Positions 33,189 through 41,156 of a DNA stretch of 57,317 bases are shown piece by piece. This DNA is from an uncultured Defluviitaleaceae bacterium. Lineage in GTDB: Bacteria; Bacillota; Clostridia; Lachnospirales; WRBF01. Both the position numbers and the translations under genes were made by a program. Location: NCBI GenBank assembly GCA_964392115.1, contig CAYMOU010000002.1:1-57317 (forward strand), read 5' to 3'. Numbering within the stretch: the stretch's first letter is position 1; every line of letters starts with the position of its first letter. The notes beneath the pieces were generated by a model that made no database searches, had not been told where the DNA came from, and was given only the letters and a program-made list of their open reading frames with translations.

Positions 33189-33533
33189 GTGTTCGAAATA
33201 ATCAGTAAAAACCTACGGGATAAGGGTTTTGAGGTATATTCCGTAGGAGAGCATAAGGGTTTTTGCAAAACGCCTTATGTGGTTATTAAGGACAACGGCC
33301 GGAAGCCTTATTCAAAGACCGGCGTAAGTTTTCATTCCTATGAAGTTATGGTTTTTTATCCCTTCGGTACTTTCTTTCAGGTTCAACCCTTTATTGACAA
33401 GGTTGCGGATACTCTGTCCCAACTACCCTTCTTAAAATATTCGGGGCATCAAACGCCGGTGGTTATAGACCCGGATGTGCGAGCCTATACCACAAGTCTT
33501 GGTTTTACCGTATACAAACAATCCCCAAACTAA
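33189..33533 (+). CDS. tail terminator-like protein
   Basis: Position before the tail tube gene; PYVVIKD motif; GTG start. Confidence 0.65.
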   Translation: MFEIISKNLRDKGFEVYSVGEHKGFCKTPYVVIKDNGRKPYSKTGVSFHSYEVMVFYPFGTFFQVQPFIDKVADTLSQLPFLKYSGHQTPVVIDPDVRAYTTSLGFTVYKQSPN

Positions 33534-33595
33534 TCAAGCGTGTCGGATTCGGAAAGGGTTTGTCAAATTTTAAACAGACAGAACAGGAGGAATAA

Positions 33596-34144
33596 ATGGA
33601 AAATGTTATACAAAAGGCCTTAACCGGTGTAGCTTTGGTGGTCTTGACCGACAAAAACGGTAAGAATTACTCGTTCTCTACGGCAACCAAAGCAAATGCC
33701 AAGGTTTTAATAGAGGCAGGCAAAAAAAGCGAGTTAATAATTAAGGGCGTTCTTAAGGCGCAAAAAAAATTCGATTCCACCATAAAAGGCGTGGATGTGG
33801 AATTCCGGGACAATATGTTTCTTCCTGAGGTGGTTGCCTTGTTGCAGGGCGGAACCGTGGTAAAGGACGAAAACGGGAAATTTCTTTCCTATACTCCGGT
33901 TGTAGCCGGAGCGGCTCCGAACTTGGACAGTTTTGCGGTGGATATTTACACGGAAGAAACGGATACTAGCGGTGAAGTTTTGGGTTATGTAAAGTTAAGC
34001 CTGCCCAACGGCAAGGGTGAACCTGTTGAATTGGGTTTCGAGGACGATAAGTTCTTCTCTGCAAAATATGTGATTAAAACTTATCCGGCTACCGGAATGC
34101 CGCCTTATATTATAGAAACCGTTGATGAACTGCCTGTAGTCTAG
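33596..34144 (+). CDS. major tail (tube) protein
   Basis: 182 aa, strong RBS, position between terminator and chaperone; no sheath gene present. Confidence 0.75.
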   Translation: MENVIQKALTGVALVVLTDKNGKNYSFSTATKANAKVLIEAGKKSELIIKGVLKAQKKFDSTIKGVDVEFRDNMFLPEVVALLQGGTVVKDENGKFLSYTPVVAGAAPNLDSFAVDIYTEETDTSGEVLGYVKLSLPNGKGEPVELGFEDDKFFSAKYVIKTYPATGMPPYIIETVDELPVV

Positions 34145-34194
34145 CCGGAGTTTTTGAAGAAAGTTTTCAATCTGACGGCTATTAAGGAGGTTTT

Positions 34195-34587
34195 ATGGAA
34201 AACGATGCTCTCGAAAAACTAAAAAGCTACGCTAGCGGCGAAACGGTGCAATTATCCCCTTTCACGGGAGATGAACCCTTTACCGTACGATTAAAAAGAC
34301 CGTCTTTGTTGCAAATGGCATCAGCCGGCTGCATACCGAACCCGTTGCTTGGGGTTGCACAGGAGATTTTTTTAAAGGGTAACCTTGTTCAATCAAAAAT
34401 AAATCTTTCGGATATTGCGGATTTGCTCATACTAATGGCTAAAAATGCTCTTGTAGATCCTACTTTTCGGGAATTGGAAGACTGTCAAATCAACTTGACG
34501 GACTTGCAGCTGGTAGAAATTTTTAACTATACCCAAACAGGTGTAAAGTCACTGGAAAATTTTTGTCAGATCCAAGGAGATTCTTAG
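34195..34587 (+). CDS. tail assembly chaperone
   Basis: RLKRPSLL..GCIPNPLL, FNYTQTGVK; lies between tube and tape-measure genes. Confidence 0.8.
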   Translation: MENDALEKLKSYASGETVQLSPFTGDEPFTVRLKRPSLLQMASAGCIPNPLLGVAQEIFLKGNLVQSKINLSDIADLLILMAKNALVDPTFRELEDCQINLTDLQLVEIFNYTQTGVKSLENFCQIQGDS

Positions 34588-34753
34588 ATTAATAGATTTA
34601 TCAATCTGTTATTCCCGGCGACCCGCCGAAATATTAGGAATAGACGACACTTATACAGCTTTTTGCCTTGACGAGGTTTGTTTATTTATTGCAGGTGCAA
34701 GAAAAGGTGCAAACAAATCCGCAGATTTAATCGGATATTTGAGAGATTTATAG
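34562..34753 (+). CDS. frameshift-accessed C-terminal extension of the tail chaperone (gpT-like)
   Basis: 63 open codons in the +1 frame, no ATG; reads ..RRPAEILGIDDTYTAFCLDEVC..; absent from the ORF track. Confidence 0.7.
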   Translation, partial: FVRSKEILRLIDLSICYSRRPAEILGIDDTYTAFCLDEVCLFIAGARKGANKSADLIGYLRDL

Positions 34754-34792
34754 CAATAAAGCTAAACGTCTATTCGGATTAAAAGTCCTTAT

Positions 34793-34830
34793 GGGAAGGG
34801 TTTGGGGAAAACCGAACCGGTTTTCTCCAA
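34793..34830. repeat. REP-like repeat inside the phage-like operon (family 2)
   Basis: Reverse complement TTGGAGAAAACCGGTTCGGTTTTCCCCAAACCCTTCCC resembles the 3002 copy. Confidence 0.6.
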
Positions 34831-34864
34831 CAATTTTCCTTTAAGATAGGAAAGGAGGCAGGGT

Positions 34865-35923
34865 TTGTCGCTTAATGTTGGTAATGTATCGGCATCGTTA
34901 ACACTGAACATTAACGGTTATACGGAAAACCTAAATACGGCGCTGGTGCAAATGAAGGGATTTATAGGAGATTGCACGCTTTTAAGCGTGAACCTCCAAA
35001 ATTTGGGAGGTGCCTTTGTTGAAGCCGGTAGCCAATCCATCAAGATGAACCAACAAATTACAGAGGGCATAGCTGCATTATCGGCTTTTCAGAAAAGTGC
35101 CTATGCGGAAGATTTGAAATCCTTTTCAGGGTTGACGGCACAAAAATTTGCTCTGTTTAGCGAAGGAACAGAGGGTATGCTGCAAATTACAAACAGATTG
35201 TTTTCCTACTTTGCTCAAGCCTATAAAAGCGAATATTCCAACTTTGCAGCCTATGAAAAGAGCAAGACAACGGCATTTAAAGCTGAACTGACAACCCGGG
35301 AAAATAACCTTAACACCTCCATGCAGCAGATGATTTCTGTTATGCAGGGGTATGTGGGTAATTTCTTAACCGTGGGTACAGAGTACGGAAAGGCATTGTT
35401 ATCGGGTATACAGTCTACCAAGTCGGCCATTATGGGCTATCTTGACTCGATTGCAAGAGCATATAGGTCTGTTACCGAGGGAGCGAATATGCCTTCACGT
35501 TCCGATTCCGGTTCGGGTACATATTCGTCATACAGTGTCCGGTCAGCATTTGCACCGGAAAATTTTAAAGAGCATGACAATGCTGTGTTCTCCTCTTCGG
35601 AACCGGCAGAAAGCCCATTGAAATCCTTCGGTTTGGTTTCCGGTCAGATTTTGGACATAAATTCTGCCGAATCTATCAATCAAGCAGTTGCTTCGGTGGG
35701 TTATGCCAATAATTTTGACTATTTGTATTCTGTAGGCAAAGAAGAAAAATTCCCGAATTTTGATTATGACCGACTTGCAAATGCAATAGCGACCGAGCTT
35801 GCTTCTGTAATAAAGCCGGCTGTTGTGTACAATCCGGTGTATAACAGCCCCAAAGAGCTTTCCTTAAGTGAGCTGAAAAAACAGGATACCTTAAATATGC
35901 GTCGCTTGGGTTTTAACTTTTAG
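34865..35923 (+). CDS. short tail tape-measure protein
   Basis: Typical N-terminus (NVGNVSASLTLN), helical middle, C-terminus FDYDRLANAI...YNSPK; between chaperone and Dit. Confidence 0.75.
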   Translation: MSLNVGNVSASLTLNINGYTENLNTALVQMKGFIGDCTLLSVNLQNLGGAFVEAGSQSIKMNQQITEGIAALSAFQKSAYAEDLKSFSGLTAQKFALFSEGTEGMLQITNRLFSYFAQAYKSEYSNFAAYEKSKTTAFKAELTTRENNLNTSMQQMISVMQGYVGNFLTVGTEYGKALLSGIQSTKSAIMGYLDSIARAYRSVTEGANMPSRSDSGSGTYSSYSVRSAFAPENFKEHDNAVFSSSEPAESPLKSFGLVSGQILDINSAESINQAVASVGYANNFDYLYSVGKEEKFPNFDYDRLANAIATELASVIKPAVVYNPVYNSPKELSLSELKKQDTLNMRRLGFNF

Positions 35924-35936
35924 CGGAGATGATAGA

Positions 35937-36812
35937 ATGCTTAGCTTAACTTATACAAATAAAACCTTAAATACAAGTCTGGAATTTGGTAACAGTGCCC
36001 CTTTATTCTTTCTAAGCCAAAAAGGCATGGCCGGCACGGATATAGACCCTATGACCGTAAAGTCTCCCATGCAATTGGGTAGCACCTTGACCGGGATTAC
36101 GGTAAACGAGCGTTTGGTCACAATAAAAGCCTGTTTGGTAACGGATAAGACAACCGACGAAGAAAATTTCAGGAAAAACATTATCTCCTGCCTAAATCCC
36201 TTACACAAAGGAGATTTAACCATACACGGAGAGACTTTTAACAGGAAGTTTTCGGATATTCACGTAGTTCAAGGGCCGGAATTTGACGATAAGGACTACA
36301 ACACACCCAACGGAATTTTGTATTTTGACTTTACCCTCTGTGTACCCTCGGTATTTTTAGAGGATGCAGAGGTTCATAAATTTTCTTTGTATGAGGTAAT
36401 ACCCGGTTTTTCTTTTATGCTGTGCTTTCAACCTGATATTTTTTTCGGCGATATTTCCGGCAGTACAGACAGCTTTTATAATATGGGTGATATTGATGCA
36501 CCCCTTATAATTCAAATTCCGGGGCCTGTTCAAACACCTATGCTTACCAATTTAACCACAGGCGAGTTTATAAAGATTTATTCTCCCATATACGCCAACG
36601 AAAAAATGATAATAAATACCTCCTTCGGTAACAAATCTGTTGTTATTACGGATGACAGAGGTTTTTCCCGAAATGCTTTTAACTATATAGACCTTAACAG
36701 CACATTTTTTACCCTAAGACCGGGAGAGAACGTTCTGCAATTCCAAGCAGAGGTAGGAAACAGCAATGCCGGGGTTGATATAAGTTTTAAAACTTTGTAT
36801 TTAGGTATTTAA
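35937..36812 (+). CDS. distal tail protein (Dit / Sipho_tail family)
   Basis: NMGDIDAP, INTSFGNK, STFFTLRPGEN, YLGI. Confidence 0.85.
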   Translation: MLSLTYTNKTLNTSLEFGNSAPLFFLSQKGMAGTDIDPMTVKSPMQLGSTLTGITVNERLVTIKACLVTDKTTDEENFRKNIISCLNPLHKGDLTIHGETFNRKFSDIHVVQGPEFDDKDYNTPNGILYFDFTLCVPSVFLEDAEVHKFSLYEVIPGFSFMLCFQPDIFFGDISGSTDSFYNMGDIDAPLIIQIPGPVQTPMLTNLTTGEFIKIYSPIYANEKMIINTSFGNKSVVITDDRGFSRNAFNYIDLNSTFFTLRPGENVLQFQAEVGNSNAGVDISFKTLYLGI

Positions 36813-36817
36813 TTTTC

Positions 36818-36862
36818 GAAAGGTTTGGGGAACAGCTTTTAATCAGTTTTCCTCAAAGCCTT
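36818..36862. repeat. degenerate REP-like hairpin inside the operon (family 2)
   Basis: GAAAGGTTTGGGGAAC...TTTTCCTCAAAGCC. Confidence 0.5.
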
Positions 36863-36881
36863 AAAGAAAGGAGGAAATGCC

Positions 36882-37790
36882 ATAGCCGAATGGAGTTGCT
36901 TTTTTGACAGTTATAATAACGACCGCAGATATACCGCTGCCCAATTTGCTGAACCTTTTGCGAATTTGGTGGGCAACGGGGTATTTCAAGGCGGGAATTT
37001 TCTGAAAGTATCCGTGTATGACAGCATGGATATACAAGTGGCACCGGGCAAGGCATATATTAACGGTTATTATTATGTAAACAGAGATGCGCCGATTACA
37101 CTTTCGTTGCAGCCGTCTAACCTTACCAAACCTCGTATAGATACGGTGGTTTTGTGTCTGGACTTGAATAATTCGGTTCGTTCGGTATCGGTAAAAATAA
37201 AGACCGGTGTTTTTCACAACAGTCCTCAGGCTCCCGTTTTGGAGAGAAATACCGCCGTCTGGGAATTGGGTTTGGCACATATACGAGTAAACCCGGGAGT
37301 AACACAGATTTTGCAAAGCAATATTACCGATCTTAGGCTGAATTCTTCATACTGCGGTATAGTTGCCGCTTTGATTACCCAACCGGATTTGACAGATATA
37401 TTTAACCAGTACAAAAGCAAATACGACCAGGTGGAAACAAGCTGGAGTTCTTTCACAAACGTTACCCAAAACCAATGGGATGTTTTTGACGCAGATTTTC
37501 GGGGTTGGTTCAACCAAATAAAGGCGGAATTGTTCAGCACCGTCAGCACAGATTTTGATGATTGGTCAAGACGCCCCGGGTATAAAAAAGTTACGGTTTT
37601 CAACTCAAGCGATGGCAGTATTACCGAGACTATCCAAAATTGCCTTAATTCATCGGTTTTGGCGGTGAAAACAACCCGTTTTCCAAGTGCCGACACTATC
37701 ATCGAAAGCCTTTCTTTCACCCAACCTGTTTTATACATAACAAAGACTACGGTTTTTTCAAACAATACCATAACAGAAGCCTATGAATAG
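36882..37790 (+). CDS. baseplate/upper-fibre structural protein (BppU-like); non-canonical ATA start
   Basis: Frame is open from ATA 36882, 7 nt after GGAGG, giving AEWSCFFDS..DRRYTA..GNGVF; also PGKAYING, RIDTVV, ITDLRL..CG. Confidence 0.75.
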   Translation: MAEWSCFFDSYNNDRRYTAAQFAEPFANLVGNGVFQGGNFLKVSVYDSMDIQVAPGKAYINGYYYVNRDAPITLSLQPSNLTKPRIDTVVLCLDLNNSVRSVSVKIKTGVFHNSPQAPVLERNTAVWELGLAHIRVNPGVTQILQSNITDLRLNSSYCGIVAALITQPDLTDIFNQYKSKYDQVETSWSSFTNVTQNQWDVFDADFRGWFNQIKAELFSTVSTDFDDWSRRPGYKKVTVFNSSDGSITETIQNCLNSSVLAVKTTRFPSADTIIESLSFTQPVLYITKTTVFSNNTITEAYE

Positions 37791-37798
37791 AGGTACAT

Positions 37799-38872
37799 AT
37801 GATTAGAGTTTTGGATAAGGATTTCTCGTTTTTGGGTGAAGTAGATGATTTCGAGAATTTTATTTTTACCCGGCGCCTATTTTCTTACGGTGAATTTGAG
37901 CTTTCCATAAATTCAGACAAGAAAAACACTCAACTGCTAACCCCGGAGAAAATTATTTATTTGGATTCAGGCCGTGTGGGTATAATCGGGTACAGTGAGG
38001 AAAAGTTGTCAGATAAGAATAAAATTTTAACGGTAAAGGGCTATACCCCGGAGTTTTTCCTTACATACAGAATTACCGAGCCTTTTCCGGCAGCGGAAAA
38101 TTGGAACTATTCAGGCAACGGAGAGGATGCAATAAAAAAACTTGCTGACTATAACTTGGGTCCAAACGCCAACCGCTCTTGCAGAATGATCCCTTATTTT
38201 AGGATAAAAAACAGCCGACAGAGAGGTGAAAATATTTCCTTTGAGACCTGTTATAAGAAATTAGACGAGGAAATTGCTTATCTGGCGGAGGAAACCGGGT
38301 TGGGCATTAAGGTTGAGTTTGATATTTTGCAGAAATGCTTTGAATTCGATGTGATTAGCGGTCGGGATTTAACCGTGGAGCAAAATATAAACCCTCCGGT
38401 TATTTTTTCTCCGGAGTTTGACAATGTATTCGAACAGACCTACATATGCTCAGATTTGGGTTATAAAAACATGGCATTTGTTGCAAGTAAAGGTGAGGGT
38501 ACTGAGCGAACCCTTATAAAAATAAATGACAGTTTGTCAGGCGACCAACGCAGGGAACTGTTTACGGATGGAAAATCCGTAGCTAAAGAGGACGTAGAAA
38601 AATTGCAAAATCTGGGGCTTGCCAAGCTATCGGAATATCCAAAGATAGCTTCTTTGGACGGTAAGATTAACCCCTATCATATCATTAAGTACGGCAAGGA
38701 TTATCAAATTGGGGATACCGTAAGCATGAAATTCAAAAACATCACCCTAACCTCTCAAATCACGGAAGTAACAGAATCATGGGACAGTAAAAACGGATAC
38801 TCTGTTGACTGCGTTTTCGGTAACAAGGTGCCGGATTTGATTTCCATAATAAAAAAGAATCTTAGGAGTTGA
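37799..38872 (+). CDS. siphovirus Gp37-like (Tal/hub) baseplate protein
   Basis: GEFEL, VIFSPEFDN, GEGTER, RRELFTD, YGKDYQIGD. Confidence 0.82.
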   Translation: MIRVLDKDFSFLGEVDDFENFIFTRRLFSYGEFELSINSDKKNTQLLTPEKIIYLDSGRVGIIGYSEEKLSDKNKILTVKGYTPEFFLTYRITEPFPAAENWNYSGNGEDAIKKLADYNLGPNANRSCRMIPYFRIKNSRQRGENISFETCYKKLDEEIAYLAEETGLGIKVEFDILQKCFEFDVISGRDLTVEQNINPPVIFSPEFDNVFEQTYICSDLGYKNMAFVASKGEGTERTLIKINDSLSGDQRRELFTDGKSVAKEDVEKLQNLGLAKLSEYPKIASLDGKINPYHIIKYGKDYQIGDTVSMKFKNITLTSQITEVTESWDSKNGYSVDCVFGNKVPDLISIIKKNLRS

Positions 38873-38876
38873 TTGT

Positions 38877-39644
38877 ATGAGTTGGGCAGAGATAAAAAAA
38901 GCAATAAACTCTAACCACGCCAAACCGCTAAATGAACTGATAACCGAATTGATTAATGCCTCTTATACCGGGAGGCGAAAAATATATGATGCTAACGGCG
39001 TATTTACTGCCCCGGCTAATGTTTATACCGTATATGTAACAGCAATTGCGGCCGGCGGCAACGGCAGCGCCGGTTATTACGGCGGCGGCGGAGGTTGCGG
39101 AGAATGGTGTTACAGAAAGCCTGTAAATGTAACGCCCGGTAATGAATATACCATAGTGGTGGGTTCCGGAAATACAAGCTTTTCTTCGGTTGCGGTTTTA
39201 TTAATTAAGGGAGAGTCCGGAAGTTCGACAGCCGGAGGTAAAGGCGGAAACGGAACCGGCTTAGGTGGCTTTGCCAATAATGATACTATTTCCGAGGATT
39301 CTTTGGATACCGTTTCGGGAGGAATCAGAAACGGAGGTATAGGAGCCGGAGGGCTTGGTAATGACCCCGGGATAACGGGGCCATCATATTGCAAGGCAGG
39401 AAACGGCGGCACCGGTGCCGGAATGGGTGGTCAAGGCGGCCGAGGCATGAAGGGGCCCAGAGATAGATTGGGTTTGTCTATTATGGGTAAAGCAGGCGGT
39501 GGCGGCGCACCCATATATTTTGTGGGTATAAACGGCTCGTCCGGCAGAGGAGGAGACGGCGGACAAAACGGCGAAAAATACGGTGCCGGCGGCGGTAGCG
39601 GAGGCGGCCAGGGAGCCAACGGTGTAATGATAATCGAATGGTAA
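38877..39644 (+). CDS. glycine-rich domain tail fibre/receptor-binding candidate
   Basis: FTAP..VYVTAIAAGG, GGGGG repeats, terminal GVMIIEW. Confidence 0.75.
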   Translation: MSWAEIKKAINSNHAKPLNELITELINASYTGRRKIYDANGVFTAPANVYTVYVTAIAAGGNGSAGYYGGGGGCGEWCYRKPVNVTPGNEYTIVVGSGNTSFSSVAVLLIKGESGSSTAGGKGGNGTGLGGFANNDTISEDSLDTVSGGIRNGGIGAGGLGNDPGITGPSYCKAGNGGTGAGMGGQGGRGMKGPRDRLGLSIMGKAGGGGAPIYFVGINGSSGRGGDGGQNGEKYGAGGGSGGGQGANGVMIIEW

Positions 39645-39659
39645 GAAAGGAGGTTAAAA

Positions 39660-39884
39660 ATGAAAATATACGCCCAAGTAATGGGAAATCAAATAGTTAA
39701 TCTTATTGGTGGAAGTGAAGTGGGGTTGCCCTTACCTCAAGAATATTTGGATGAGAACCCTCATATAAAATGCATAGACATTACCGATGTTAGCCCACAG
39801 CCCGTGGTAGGACAAAAATATACTGTTACGCCCGAATTTCCTCAAGGTTTTTTTACAGATGAAGAAGGTGAGCAAAATGGATAA
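39660..39884 (+). CDS. small phage protein (fibre-associated)
   Basis: Strong RBS; YAQ...IDITD..PQPVVG.KY pattern. Confidence 0.65.
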   Translation: MKIYAQVMGNQIVNLIGGSEVGLPLPQEYLDENPHIKCIDITDVSPQPVVGQKYTVTPEFPQGFFTDEEGEQNG

Positions 39885-40335
39885 TACAAACACAGCTAAG
39901 GGAATTATTGCGTCGGCTTTATTCGTTGTTTCTTATTTATATAATGCCGTAGGACTTCTGTTTGTGATTTTACTTATTTTTATGGCCTTAGATTACATAA
40001 CCGGGCTGTGTAATGCTTTGATACTTAAAAAAGCCAACAGCCGAACAGGTTTGTTGGGTATCATAAAAAAGCTTTGTTATATTGCCTTGCTTTGCTTATC
40101 TTTTTTGTTGGATTTGGCCATTGGGGATACCCTTTCTTCACTTAATATGAATCTACCCCTGGAAAGTTTTTTTGGTATTTTGGTTACCTGTTGGTTGCTG
40201 GGCAACGAGGCTCTTTCCGTATTGGAGAACCTGGAGTCTATAGGAGTTCCCATACCGTTGTTCCTCAAAAGGGGTATTAGAGCATATACTGATAGTGTAA
40301 CACCAAATTCAGTACAGGAGGCTGAAAATGAATAA
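39877..40335 (+). CDS. phage holin (holin_4_1/toxin-secretion type)
   Basis: DYITG, NSRTGLLGIIKK, NEALSVLENL..GVPIP. Confidence 0.9.
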   Translation: MDNTNTAKGIIASALFVVSYLYNAVGLLFVILLIFMALDYITGLCNALILKKANSRTGLLGIIKKLCYIALLCLSFLLDLAIGDTLSSLNMNLPLESFFGILVTCWLLGNEALSVLENLESIGVPIPLFLKRGIRAYTDSVTPNSVQEAENE

Positions 40336-41050
40336 TACAGGATTAGCAGAACATGCTAAGAATGCTTTGAATGAAAATTGGGGTTACTGTCTGGGGACTT
40401 TCGGAAATATTCTGACCGAGGCTTTACTTGCTCAAAAATGCATGCAAGGCGGCGGTGTTGGGGAATACAATACCCAACACAAAGAATATTTGAAAAAGTT
40501 TATTAGTAAAAACGTGACCGATTGTTACGGCTTGGTAAAATCATATCTCTGGATGAGCAACGGCATCGTTAAATATAATCCTGCACAGGACCGCAACCAA
40601 GAAACGGCGTATCTTGCCGCAAAAGAAAAGGGTACCATGGATTCCATACCCGATATACCCGGGCTGGTACTATGGATGAAAGGCCATGCCGGAGTGTATA
40701 TAGGTAACGGCGAATTTATAGAATGCGCCGGCGCACCAATAGGAATGCAAAAAGGAAGAATCGAAAACGGCAGAGTTGTAAGCGGCAGTAGGTTTACCCA
40801 TTGGTTTAAGGACACTTTTATTGACTATGAAAATCCGCCTGCGCCCGACCAAAGCGGCAGCGTAAACGTTTTGTATAAGGGCAGAAAGTATATCGTTAAG
40901 GCCGAAAATGTTAACGGTAGCTACGTATCTACCGTAAAATACCTTAACGAAGCATTTCCGGATTTAAAAATCGGGATACGTAATGCCTTTGAATACAACG
41001 GCGACGAAGTAAAATGGGACGAAACCCAAAAAACCATAATAATTGAATAA
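40328..41050 (+). CDS. endolysin, NlpC/P60-like peptidase
   Basis: WGY..GTFG, DCYGL (catalytic Cys), GHAGVYIG (His); follows the holin. Confidence 0.82.
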   Translation: MNNTGLAEHAKNALNENWGYCLGTFGNILTEALLAQKCMQGGGVGEYNTQHKEYLKKFISKNVTDCYGLVKSYLWMSNGIVKYNPAQDRNQETAYLAAKEKGTMDSIPDIPGLVLWMKGHAGVYIGNGEFIECAGAPIGMQKGRIENGRVVSGSRFTHWFKDTFIDYENPPAPDQSGSVNVLYKGRKYIVKAENVNGSYVSTVKYLNEAFPDLKIGIRNAFEYNGDEVKWDETQKTIIIE

Positions 41051-41094
41051 TGCCGAAAAAGGCTTGTGTTTATAGGGCTTTGTCGGTAAAAGAA

Positions 41095-41125
41095 AAAGGG
41101 AAACATCTGTGAGATGTTTCCCTTT
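41095..41125. terminator. terminator ending the phage-like operon
   Basis: Perfect 14-bp stem AAAGGGAAACATCT / AGATGTTTCCCTTT. Confidence 0.8.
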
Positions 41126-41156
41126 CTAAGTTAAAAAATTTTTTTGGCTGAAACTT

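Larger units (their letters stand above)
27143..41050 (+). mobile_element. phage-derived siphovirus morphogenesis and lysis cluster (GTA-like / defective prophage)
   Basis: 19 co-oriented head, tail and lysis genes; no integrase or replication genes nearby. Confidence 0.85.

Noticed and set aside
34557-34591. Canonical -1 frameshift at A_AAT_TTT
   Set aside because: The -1 frame terminates (TAA) almost where the 0 frame does; only the +1/-2 frame is open
39050-39620. Collagen-like repeat or foreign high-GC insert
   Set aside because: GC richness is explained by Gly codons; no sustained Gly-X-Y periodicity
27143-41050. Tailocin or contractile injection system; PICI/satellite
   Set aside because: Head and packaging genes are present and there is no sheath or baseplate wedge; a satellite would need an integrase and primase/replicase
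41053-41086. Third repeat family (similar to hairpin at 6753-6780)
   Set aside because: Similarity is limited to an AGGGyTTTGTCGG tail in two places; insufficient evidence
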